Positions 12,115 through 22,074 of a stretch of 52,050 nucleotides of DNA are shown here, piece after piece. A program made the translations under genes and the position numbers. How positions within the stretch are numbered: position 1 is the first letter of the stretch; every line of letters begins with the position of its first letter. Under the pieces are notes generated by a model. The model searched no databases and was not told where the DNA came from. It saw only the letters and a list, made by a program, of their open reading frames with translations. Source of the stretch: Nemertoderma westbladi (lineage: Eukaryota > Animalia > Xenacoelomorpha); assembly GCA_032718475.1 (NCBI GenBank), contig JAUCBJ010004247.1, forward strand, positions 1 through 52,050, given 5' to 3'.

Positions 12115-14981
12115 TAGATGGTGATCTAATACAGTAGATTCAGTTAGATTGGTGATCCAATACAGTAGATTAAGTTAGATTGGTGATCCAATACAGTAGA
12201 TTAAGTTAGATTGGTGATCCAATACAGTAGATTAAGTTAGATTGGTGATCCAATACATTAGATTAAGTTAGATTGGTAATCCAATACAGTAGATTAAGTT
12301 AGATTGGTAATCCAATACAGTAGATTAAGTTAGATTGGTAATCCAATACAGTAGATTAAGTTAGATTGGTAATCCAATACAGTAGATTAAGTTAGATTGG
12401 TAATCTATTACAGTAGATTAAGCTAGATTGGTAATCTAATACAGTAGATTATTGGTAATCCAATACAGTAAGTTAGATTGGTAATCCAATAAGTTAATTA
12501 AGTTAGATTGGTAATCCAATACAGTAGATTAAGTTAGATTGGTAATCCAATAAGTTGATTAAGTTAGATTGGTAATCCAATACAGTAGATTAAGTTAGAT
12601 TGGTAATCTAATACAGTATATTAAGTTAGATTGGTAATCCAATACAGTAGATTAAGTTAGATTGGTAATCCAATACAGTAGATTAAGTTAGATTGGTAAT
12701 CCAATACAGTAAGTTAGATTGGTAATCCAATAAGTTGATTAAGTTAGATTGGTAATCCAATACAGTAGATTAAGTTAGATTGGTAATCCAATACAGTAGA
12801 TTAAGTTAGATTGGTAATCCAATAAGTAGATTAAGTTAGATTGGTAATCCAATACAGTAGATTAAGTTAGATTGGTAATCCAATACAGTAGATTATTGGT
12901 AATCCAATACAGTAAGTTAGATTGGTAATCCAATACAGTAGATTAAGTTAGATTGGTAATCCAATAAGTTGATTAAGCTAGATTGGTAATCCAATATAGT
13001 AGATTAAGTTAGATTGGTAATCCAATATAGTAGATTAAGTTAGATTGGTAATCCAATACAGTAGATTAAGTTAGATTGGTAATCCAATACAGTAAGTTAG
13101 ATTGGTAATCTAATACAGTAGGTTAAGTTAGATTGGTAATCCAATACAGTAGATTAAGTTAGATTGGTAATCCAATACAGTAGATTAAGTTAGATTGGTA
13201 ATCCAATACAGTAAGTTAGATTGGTAATCTAATACAGTAGGTTAAGTTAGATTGGTAATCCAATATAGTAGATTAAGTTAGATTGGTAATCCAATATAGT
13301 AGATTAAGTTAGATTGGTAATCCAATACAGTAGATTAACTTAGATTGGTAATCCAATGCAGTAGATTAAGTTAGATTGGTAATCCAATAAGTTGATTAAG
13401 TTAGATTGGTAATCCAATAAGTTGATTAAGTTAGATTGGAAATCTAATAAGTTGATTAAGTTAGATTGGTAATCCAATAAGTTGATTAAGTTAGATTGGT
13501 AATCCAATATAGTAGATTAAGTTAGATTGGTAATCCAATACAGTAGATTAAGTTAGATTGGTAATCCAATACAGTAGATTAAGTTAGATTGGTAATCCAA
13601 TACAGTAAGTTAGATTGGTAATCTAATACAGTAGGTTAAGTTAGATTGGTAATCCAATATAGTAGATTAAGTTAGATTGGTAATCCAATATAGTAGATTA
13701 AGTTAGATTGGTAATCCAATACAGTAGATTAAGTTAGATTGGTAATCCAATGCAGTAGATTAAGTTAGATTGGTAATCCAATAAGTTGATTAAGTTAGAT
13801 TGGTAATCCAATAAGTTGATTAAGTTAGATTGGAAATCTAATAAGTTGATTAAGTTAGATTGGTAATCCAATAAGTTGATTAAGTTAGATTGGTAATCCA
13901 ATATAGTAGATTAAGTTAGATTGGTAATCCAATAAGTTGATTAAGTTAGATTGGTAATCCAATACAGTAGATTAAGTTAGATTGGTAATCCAATAAGTTG
14001 ATTAAGTTAGATTGGTAATCCAATATAGTAGATTAAGTTAGATTGGTAATCCAACACAGTAGATTAAGTTAAATTGGTAATCCAATAAGTTGATTAAGTT
14101 AGATTGGTAATCCAATAAGTTGATTAAGTTAGATTGGTAATCTATTACAGTAGATTAAGTTAGATTGGTAATATATTACAGTAGATTAAGTTAGATTGGT
14201 AATCCAATACAGTAGATTAAGTTAGATTGGTAATCCAATACAGTAGATTAAGTTAGATTGATAATCCAATACAGTAGATTAAGTTAGATTGGTAATATAT
14301 TACAGTAGATTAAGTTAGATTGGTAATATATTACAGTAGATTAAGTTAGATTGGTAATCCAATACAGTAGATTAAGTTAGATTGGTAATCCAATACAGTA
14401 GATTAAGTTAGATTGGTAATCCAATACAGTAAGTTAGATTGGTAATCTAATACAGTAGGTTAAGTTATATTGGTTATCGAATACAGTAGATTAAGTTAGA
14501 TTGGTAATCTAATACAGTAGATTAAGTTAGATTGGTAATCAAATACAGTAGATTAAGTTAGATTGGTAATCCAATAAGTTGATTAAGTTAGATTGGTAAT
14601 CCAATATAGTAGATTAAGTTAGATTGGTAATCCAATATAGTTGATTAAGTTAGATTGGAGGAAATCCAATAAGTTGATTAAGTTAGATTGGTAATCCAAT
14701 AAGTTGATTAAGTTAGATTGGTAATCCAATACAGTAGATTAAGTTAGATTGGTAATATATTACAGTAGATTAAGTTAGATTGGTAATCTAATACAGTAGA
14801 TTAAGTTAGATTGGTAATCCAATACAGTAGATTAAGTTAGATTGGTAATCCAATACAGTAAGTTAGATTGGTAATCTAATACAGTAGGTTAAGTTATATT
14901 GGTTATCGAATACAGTAGATTAAGTTAGATTGGTAAACCAATACAGTAGATTGAGTTAGATTGGTAATCTATTACAGTAGA
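12115..14981. repeat. Intronic minisatellite: 31-bp unit TTGGTAATCCAATACAGTAGATTAAGTTAGA with 30- and 26-bp variants
   Basis: Read directly over ~2.9 kb. The array resumes for a few units at 20202-20280. Confidence 0.97.
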
Positions 14982-15211
14982 CGAGTAGAGGGGTCATTTA
15001 CAAGTAGAGGGGTCATTGTATTGTATTAGAAGGACTTGTAATATACTTTAATACATACTTTAATAACAAGTTTGCTCGAGAGGTTATACAATGTACTGAC
15101 GGGACTGTACGAGTTCTAACTTGCCTAATACTATTCTGCCTGTGTCTGGTTTAATAGCAAGTTTGCACGATCCTTCTCTCTCTCGCCCTCTTGGAGTATC
15201 CGTCTGTCGCG

Positions 15212-18200
15212 ATGCCTGCTTGCTGTGGTTGCAACCCTAGATCTGGTCGCTGCGTTCGTTGTTCGTGTGCGAGGTCGGGATTGCCATGCGCCTCCTGTGC
15301 TCCGATGGCGAGTGGGCGCTGTTGTAACGCACTGGGAGCGGTCAGTTCGCAGCAAGTCGTCTCCAGCACTTCGCGCGACATATCGCCTTCCAAAAACAAC
15401 AGTGCATCCCAACCGGCTGCCACATCATCAACAGGAGAAGATGGCGACGAGACCCTGGTAGACCATGATATAACCATGGCTTCATCTCCCAGCTCGTCGT
15501 TTCAGCTACCCAATAGGACAGCGACCCCGTTTCAGCTACCCAATAGGGCAGCGACCCCGTTTCACACAGCCTCAGAATCCGTTCCCATCGTGATGCCTCC
15601 CGGTTACAGCGGGTCTGTGGGCCACGGCGTACTCGACTACATGCTAACCAACTCGCCGCGGACGAGTCAGGCTACAACAACGAAAAAGGGCAGGGTCCAG
15701 GCACCAAGTGAGACACCACAAATAAACTCAACTCTGGATGAACTCGACTACCTCATGGAATCCGCGTCGGGCTCTCCCCAGTCTGTGATGGATGTCCCCA
15801 TATATGAACCGGGTGTCTTCCAGTCTGTGCCCGGCTCCCCCCTGTCTGAGTCAGGTGCTCCCCAGCCCGTATTGGTTGCCCCCCAATCCATGTCGTGCTT
15901 CCCCATACCCGTGTCGGGTGCTCCCCTATCTATATCGGGTTCCCGCCAGCTGGGTGCCCCCCAGTATGTGTCAGATGCCCCCCACTATGTGTCGGGTGCC
16001 CCCCAGTATGTGTCGGGTGCCCCCCAGTATGTGTCGGGTGCCCCCCAGTATGTGTCGGGTGGCCCCCAGTATGTGTCGGGTGTGCCCCAGTATGTGTCGG
16101 GTGTGCCCCAGTATGTGTCGGGTGCCCCCCAGTATGTGTCGCAATCCACGTTGTGTGTCCCTCTGTCTGTGCCTGATGTCCATCAGTCCATGTCGAGTGC
16201 CACCCAGTCTGAGTCGGATGAACCCTTGTTTGTGTCAGGAATCTCCCTGTCTATGTTGGGTTCCTCCCAGTTGGGCGCCCCCCAGTCTGTGTCGGATGCC
16301 CACCAGTCTGTGTTGTGTGTCCCGCAATCTGGAATGTGTCCCCCCCAGTCCATGCCGTGTTTCCCCCAGTCTGTATCAGGTGTGGGGCCTACAGCAGCGT
16401 CAGGTGCCTTTCAGTCCAGGGTTGGAGCCATTCAGTCCGGGGTTGGAGCAGGTCAGTCCGGGGTTGGAGCTATTCAGTCCGGGGTTGGAGCATGTCAGTC
16501 GGGGGTGGATGCCAGCCTATCCAGGATTGGAGCAGATCAGTCCGGGGTTTTGGGGGTGGAAGCCAGCGTGTCTGGGGTTGGAGCAGGCCAGTCCGGGGGT
16601 GGAGCTGTTCAGTCCAGGGGTAGAGCAGGTCAATTCTGGGTTGGAGCTGTTTGGTCCGGTGTTGAGCCCAGCCTGTCCGGGGTTGAAGCATGTCAGTCCG
16701 GGGTTGGAGCAATACAGTCCGGGGCTGGAGCAGGACAGTCCGGGGGTGGAGCTGTTCAGCCCAGGGTTGGAGCAGGTCCGTCTGGGGCAGGAGCAGGTCA
16801 GTCCGGGGGTGGAGCTGTTCAGTTCGGGGTTGGAGCAGGTCAGTCCGGGGTTGGAGTAGGCCAGTCCGAGGTTGGAGCAGGTCAGTCCGGGGTTGGAGCT
16901 GTTCAGTCTGGGGTTGGAGCAGTACAGTCCGGGGTTGGAGCAGGTCAGTCCGCGGGTGGAACTGTTCAGTCCGGGGTTGGAGCAGGTCAGTCCAGGATGG
17001 CTGGAGCCGGTCAGTCTGGGGCTGGTGCAGGTCAGTCCAGGGGTAGAGCAGGTCAGTCCGGGGTTGGAGCAGGTCAGTTCGGGGGTGGCACCTCCACGTT
17101 TGCAGCGTTCTGGGACCCCATTGCAGAGGGTCACCGCGACTCAGACCCGGAGGGGTTGATGAACCGTGCATATGGAGCTCCTCTAGTTGGTAAGGGGGCA
17201 GTGCCAGACGAACTTCTCCACCAGTGGAGACGGGTGAGCCAGCTATGCGGCTCAAAATACAGGCTGCCTGGGGGTGCTGTGGGCAGGGACGTTGTCTCCC
17301 TCCTCTCGGATGAGGCCGGTGCTTTTGTCTCTGGACTAACGCACAACATTGCTAATGCTCGTTCGGAGCGCATCCTCCTCGCTGACTCATTGCTACTCCA
17401 CAGGGACCCCAAGGTTATTAAAGCAGCCGATATTCGCCGACTCCTCACCAGACGCGTCGAGTTATGGCGCTCTGGACACCTGGAGACACTGCTTGTGGAA
17501 GCCGAACGCTGCTCCTTAAAGTTTTCAACTGGCAAGCGGGGTACCAGGAGGTGCCGACCACCAGGGGAGGAAAAGGAACACACGATCCGTATTTTCACTC
17601 GGCTCATGCTGGAGGGAAAGGTTAGAAGCGCAGTCAGATGGGTGACGGGGCGAGAATCCGGTGGGGTCCTCGACCCCAATGACGAGATCCAATCAGGAGG
17701 AAGTAACCAGCGGGTGTTGGACGTTCTCCGAGCTAAGCATCCCTCAGCAGCACCACCCCCACCGGAGGCATTACTACAACCCGAGGAAGACTTTCCACTC
17801 AGGGTTGATGTGGATATCACGGCGTCACACATCGAATCCGCTGCCCGTAAACTACATGGAGGCGCTGGTCCGACCGGATCGGACTCTACCAGGTGGCGCG
17901 ATTACCTCCTCAGCTATGGGGCCCATAGCGAGCGCCTCCGCGATGCAATAGCCAGTATTACCCGCTCCATTGCAAACTCAGTAGTTCCGTGGGAGTCGAT
18001 TCGCGCATTACAGTCAGGACGGCTCATCGCCCTGGATAAATGTCCTGGTGTTCGGCCAATAGGAATTGGTGAGTGCCTGCGACGGATCATGGGCCGTGCC
18101 ATGGCAGAGGCGACCGGGGACGACATCACCAACACGTGCGGAGCGGAGCAGTTGTCGGCTGGCACCTCTGCGGGTGCTGAGGCGGCTATCCACTCGATGG

Positions 18201-20005
18201 CGGCAATATTTGAGGATTGGCGCGATGATGGGTGGGGTGTTCTCCTGGTGGATGCATCAAATGCATTCAATGCACTAAACAGAACGGCAGCTCTGTGGAA
18301 CGTCCGCCAGCTGTGGCCCCGGTGTTCACTGTTCTTGTTCAACAGTTACCGGGGTCACAGCATCCTCATAGTCCGCGGAACAGAGGAGGTGCTGTTCAGT
18401 GAGGAAGGGGCCACGCAGGGTGACCCATTAGCAATGCCGTTCTACGCGTCGGGTGCACTCCCTCTTATTCGTCGTCTAAGAAGCACCAAGACTCGCCAGA
18501 ACTGGTATGCCGATGACTCCGCGGCAGCAGGAAAGCTAGAATATGTTCTTGACTGGTTCCTCCTGCTGCAGCATCACGGCCCCACACTCGGCTACTACCC
18601 AGAGCCTACGAAATGCTTCCTTGTAGTTGACGAAGCCTTTCTGGATGAGGCCAACAGGGTTTTCGCGGGTCACCCCATCAACATCGTAACGGGACACCGC
18701 TTCCTCGGGGGGTTTATTGGTGGGACGGACGACCAGAAGACGTTTGTAGGGGCGAAGGTAGCAGCGTGGGTCACTTCTGTCGATAAACTGTCTGAGATGG
18801 CTGAGACCCAGCCGCAGGCTGCATTCGCAGCGATGGCCTGTTCTCTGCAAAGAGAGTGGGCATATCTCCAGCGCGTCACACCTAACTGTAGCCTTGAGTT
18901 TGAGGACCTGGAGCGCGCCATCGCGGAGAAGTTCCTCCCAGCCGTTCTCAATGGAGATGTGTCAGTGAAGGAACGTAGCTTGTTTGCCCTGTCCCCTCGC
19001 ACTGGCGGCATGGGCCTACGCAACCCCGTCGCAGAGGCCGCCATTTCCTACAGGGTATCACAAAGTGGAACGCGAGCCCTATCACGGGCAATCCTGGGCG
19101 ACGACGAATTCTCTCTGGCGGGACATCTAGAATGCCTCCAATATGCGAGGAAGGCTGGGCGGGTAGAACAGCTGGCCCGCGAGGAAGACCAGTATAAGGA
19201 AGCGGTGGAGGAGATGCCTAAAGACCGGCGAAGGACTATCCAACGCGCTGCGGACTACCGCTCGGGTGGGTGGATCTCCTCCCTCCCGATATCGGAACAC
19301 CAGCTGGATCTTTCGCCGCAGGAGTTCAGGGACGCGCTGGCCATCCGGTATGGCCGTCCCTTAGCATCGGTTCCAAGCCGCTGTGACGGATGCGGGGCCG
19401 CCTTCGACATTAACCATGGGTTAAATTGTAAGAAAGGCGGCCTCGTAATACAGAGGCATAATGAGCTGCGGGACCTCGTGGGGAACATCGCGGCCCAGGC
19501 GTTCGGCTCACGCAACGTGGTGTTGGAACCCATCGTCCGGGAACAGGCGGGGATTGAGGACAAGGCGGGGCTACGGTGCGACATCGGGATTCGGGGCGCG
19601 TTTGAGAGTCAGACCCAGGCGTTGATTGATATAAAGGTAATGAACCTTGACGCCGGGTCTTACTCAAGCCGCGCCCCAATGAGTGTTCTCGAGTCCGCTG
19701 AGGATGCTAAGAAGCGGATCTATGCCGACGCCGTTTCTGATCGTCGTGGCAACTTCTCCCCGTTTGTCGCCTCATGCGATGGGATCGTGGCTCCACAGGC
19801 CAACAAACTGCTCCGGACCTTTGCGGAGAGGCTGCATCGCGCGTGGGGGAAACCCTACAGTGTGGTAATGGGCTGGATCCGGACCCGAGTCCAACTCGCC
19901 ATTATCCGCGGGGCTTCCCACTGCCTCCGTGGATCCCGGGTGAATTGGCGTAGCGGACTGGGCCTGGAGGACGGCGCAGGGCTGCCCTCAATGGCCTATT
20001 ACTAG
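15212..20005 (+). CDS. CRE-like polyprotein: CXC-like Cys cluster, heptad repeats, reverse transcriptase, CCHC knuckle, restriction-like endonuclease
   Basis: First ATG at 15212. RT motifs LIALDK..GVRPIGIGE, VDASNAFN, GATQGDPL, WYADD, FLGG; CxxC..H..C followed by RHN; RCDI..IDIKV..KKRIY (PD-(D/E)xK-like). No internal stops. Confidence 0.93.
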   Translation: MPACCGCNPRSGRCVRCSCARSGLPCASCAPMASGRCCNALGAVSSQQVVSSTSRDISPSKNNSASQPAATSSTGEDGDETLVDHDITMASSPSSSFQLPNRTATPFQLPNRAATPFHTASESVPIVMPPGYSGSVGHGVLDYMLTNSPRTSQATTTKKGRVQAPSETPQINSTLDELDYLMESASGSPQSVMDVPIYEPGVFQSVPGSPLSESGAPQPVLVAPQSMSCFPIPVSGAPLSISGSRQLGAPQYVSDAPHYVSGAPQYVSGAPQYVSGAPQYVSGGPQYVSGVPQYVSGVPQYVSGAPQYVSQSTLCVPLSVPDVHQSMSSATQSESDEPLFVSGISLSMLGSSQLGAPQSVSDAHQSVLCVPQSGMCPPQSMPCFPQSVSGVGPTAASGAFQSRVGAIQSGVGAGQSGVGAIQSGVGACQSGVDASLSRIGADQSGVLGVEASVSGVGAGQSGGGAVQSRGRAGQFWVGAVWSGVEPSLSGVEACQSGVGAIQSGAGAGQSGGGAVQPRVGAGPSGAGAGQSGGGAVQFGVGAGQSGVGVGQSEVGAGQSGVGAVQSGVGAVQSGVGAGQSAGGTVQSGVGAGQSRMAGAGQSGAGAGQSRGRAGQSGVGAGQFGGGTSTFAAFWDPIAEGHRDSDPEGLMNRAYGAPLVGKGAVPDELLHQWRRVSQLCGSKYRLPGGAVGRDVVSLLSDEAGAFVSGLTHNIANARSERILLADSLLLHRDPKVIKAADIRRLLTRRVELWRSGHLETLLVEAERCSLKFSTGKRGTRRCRPPGEEKEHTIRIFTRLMLEGKVRSAVRWVTGRESGGVLDPNDEIQSGGSNQRVLDVLRAKHPSAAPPPPEALLQPEEDFPLRVDVDITASHIESAARKLHGGAGPTGSDSTRWRDYLLSYGAHSERLRDAIASITRSIANSVVPWESIRALQSGRLIALDKCPGVRPIGIGECLRRIMGRAMAEATGDDITNTCGAEQLSAGTSAGAEAAIHSMAAIFEDWRDDGWGVLLVDASNAFNALNRTAALWNVRQLWPRCSLFLFNSYRGHSILIVRGTEEVLFSEEGATQGDPLAMPFYASGALPLIRRLRSTKTRQNWYADDSAAAGKLEYVLDWFLLLQHHGPTLGYYPEPTKCFLVVDEAFLDEANRVFAGHPINIVTGHRFLGGFIGGTDDQKTFVGAKVAAWVTSVDKLSEMAETQPQAAFAAMACSLQREWAYLQRVTPNCSLEFEDLERAIAEKFLPAVLNGDVSVKERSLFALSPRTGGMGLRNPVAEAAISYRVSQSGTRALSRAILGDDEFSLAGHLECLQYARKAGRVEQLAREEDQYKEAVEEMPKDRRRTIQRAADYRSGGWISSLPISEHQLDLSPQEFRDALAIRYGRPLASVPSRCDGCGAAFDINHGLNCKKGGLVIQRHNELRDLVGNIAAQAFGSRNVVLEPIVREQAGIEDKAGLRCDIGIRGAFESQTQALIDIKVMNLDAGSYSSRAPMSVLESAEDAKKRIYADAVSDRRGNFSPFVASCDGIVAPQANKLLRTFAERLHRAWGKPYSVVMGWIRTRVQLAIIRGASHCLRGSRVNWRSGLGLEDGAGLPSMAYY
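15950..17085 (+). repeat. Coding 21-bp tandem repeats, (PQYVSGA)n then (QSGVGAG)n, inside the retrotransposon ORF
   Basis: GGTGCCCCCCAGTATGTGTCG units at 15950-16140; GGTTGGAGCAGGTCAGTCCGG units at ~16410-17085. Confidence 0.92.
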
Positions 20006-20484
20006 GCAACCAGCAACCGCCCCTTCAAGTAATAAAACATTTCAATATACATCAAATACTAAATACTTGATTAACAAAGTATAGTTTTTATAATAGTTTT
20101 TAATTGTTTTGTGTTTGTATTCGTATTTTGTGATCTCGTCTCGTGCCTAATATTTGTTTTTTGCTATTACATTTATCAGCCAATAAAAAGAGGGAGATAT
20201 AATTACAGTAGATTAAGTTAGATTGGTAATCAAATACAGTAGATTAAGTTAGATTGGTAATCCAAGAGTAAGTTAGATTGAATTTGTTTTATAATGGAAC
20301 CCAATTCCCTAGATTAAGTTAGATTGGATTTGTTTTGGAATGTATTTCATTAACCGAGCTCTGGTTATAATTTCTGACTTTTGATAGAAGGCAATACATT
20401 ACTCGAGATCAGTTTACATTAGCTGTGTTGTACTATAGTATATAAACCTGTTCCGACTTCAACTGTCTACATATATTTCCCCAG

Positions 20485-20667
20485 TTGGTCGAAGGACGGT
20501 CGATCATGTAACGCTCTTTACGACACATCGTTCGTAAACGGCAACGCTTTGCTGCGAATACCAGAAGCCTTTCCCGAAGATTCCGGAACTTTCTCCTGCA
20601 CTGCGGCAAACAGCGGCGGCGACGCCACATGTGGATGCCAACTCAACGTCGCCGAGGTCGTATATAG
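20485..20667 (+). CDS. Ig gene exon 6: second half of Ig domain 2
   Basis: ttccccag| acceptor; WSKDG...ALLRIPEAFPEDSGTFSCTAANSGGDATCGCQLNV (AFPEDSG is typical of titin/palladin/myopalladin-type I-set domains); donor AG|GTGAGG. Confidence 0.92.
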
Positions 20668-20938
20668 GTGAGGCGATTCTTACAATTACCGCCGATATCT
20701 GAGTCCCCCGGGTCAGGGTGACTAGTCACTTTTGACAGACTATGGGTGACGTGTGACGATTTATAAGATTGTCTGAGTTATTATGCTTCAAACATTAGCC
20801 GACAGATAAACAGTGATACCGTTTTCAAATACAGATGCAGATACAAATAAATTGAGATTAAAGGCTCCGCAAGCAACGAAAAACAAAATATTATTATTAT
20901 ATATAGGAGGTAAATTCAAATGTTGATTTGTTTTGCAG

Positions 20939-21035
20939 TAACGACCAAATCAATGGATATTTAGCTGACGATCAATCAATGGGAACAAACTATACCTCGT
21001 CTGTCCGGGACAAAAGGGCCGGCAACGATAAACAG
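20939..21035 (+). CDS. Ig gene exon 7
   Basis: ttttgcag| acceptor, open in the required phase (NDQINGYLADDQ..NDKQ), donor CAG|GTAAGT. Confidence 0.75.
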
Positions 21036-21211
21036 GTAAGTAGGAAAGGGTATTTAAAAGGTAAAAAAGCTAAATGCCCAAATGCTATTTGAAAACCTTA
21101 TGTGATCTCTCATATTGAAGCTTTCCATTCTGTTTACGAAGATACCGGTTCCAATTTATATACCAGGGAATCATTAATATCATATCGATTGAGGACACGG
21201 GATTATTGTAT

Positions 21212-21619
21212 GGCTGAGCATAAAAAGGTCCTATGTGACAATTTCTTAGAATGAGAGTTATACTCATACAGAGGTCCTAGGAGACCTAACTTAACTTACC
21301 AAAAAGGTTCTGAGATCCATGAACAATATTATCTGATATCCTGGAGTAAAATAGTCCTACAGTATGTACAGTAAAAATCGCATAGACATAAACAAAAAAG
21401 GTCTTATTGTGTACAATACTGCCTGATATTGACAATTTTGAAGTTTTTAAAAAAACATTTTTTTGAAAGTAAAGATTTTTGAAGTACATCTGTAGGCCTA
21501 CTTGCCATTAAAGATACAGAAGGCCAAGATCAACTGTAATGTGTAGGTAAAAAAAAACGCAAAATTTAGATTATCTCAGAATGACACTTTGGTCACATAG
21601 GACCTTTCTATGCTCAGCC
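21212..21619. mobile_element. MITE with ~28-bp terminal inverted repeats
   Basis: GGCTGAGCATAAAAAGGTCCTATGTGAC / GTCACATAGGACCTTTCTATGCTCAGCC. Confidence 0.75.
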
Positions 21620-22056
21620 CTTCAAGTGTTCTTCTAAGGATTTAAACTAGGCCCACAACCTCGCTGGGTGTAGGAGTGACGGCCCACCCAATAGAGTATT
21701 TCACAAAATTTATTAGATAAATCCTTCGGGTTTGTGAGACCCGTCTCCCTCTTTATGGCTGCCCCCTTAATGAATGAGTAGGATTTCTATTGTGTTATCA
21801 ACCTCTGTTGCTTGAGTTATCAAACTAATGTACAACAACCAGCCTTTCCAGTGTCCGCGGCGATACAAATGTGTTGTTTTAATTGTGGAAGGATGGGACA
21901 CTTCGCAATTAAATGCTTCAAACATTGAAACCGTTGTCCCAATCAGAACCAATAAGTAAGGATTGTAGGATTGTACCAAAAGACTGTGTTTAAACATTTA
22001 TGTTAGATACTGGTTCTGGTTCAGAATTCAAGATAATATCAATTATTTCTATACAG

Positions 22057-22074
22057 CGTCGTGGGATGTGGTGA
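22057..22074 (+). CDS. Ig gene putative terminal coding exon (RRGMW*)
   Basis: atttctatacag| acceptor, phase 0 match, stop TGA. Very short, so weakly supported. Confidence 0.45.
   Translation, partial: RRGMW

Larger units (their letters stand above)
14982..20201 (+). mobile_element. Apparently full-length CRE-clade (RLE-type) non-LTR retrotransposon
   Basis: Single long ORF with short UTRs. TSD ATTACAGTAGA at 14971-14981 and 20202-20212. Satellite on both sides. Confidence 0.9.

Noticed and set aside
12115-14981. CRISPR-like array next to an RT gene
   Set aside because: Head-to-tail repeats with no unique spacers, no cas genes, and a eukaryotic intron context.
12115-14981. Spliced-leader RNA gene array or telomeric repeat as the CRE target
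   Set aside because: The unit is only 31 bp, with no Sm site or SL structure and no TTAGGG-type repeat.
14982-15211. HDV-like or hammerhead ribozyme in the retroelement 5' UTR
   Set aside because: Could not identify the conserved cores by eye; would need an Infernal/RNArobo search.
15792-17255. Multiple overlapping Cys/Pro-rich ORFs on both strands
   Set aside because: Alternative frames of the 21-bp coding repeats, which happen to lack stops.
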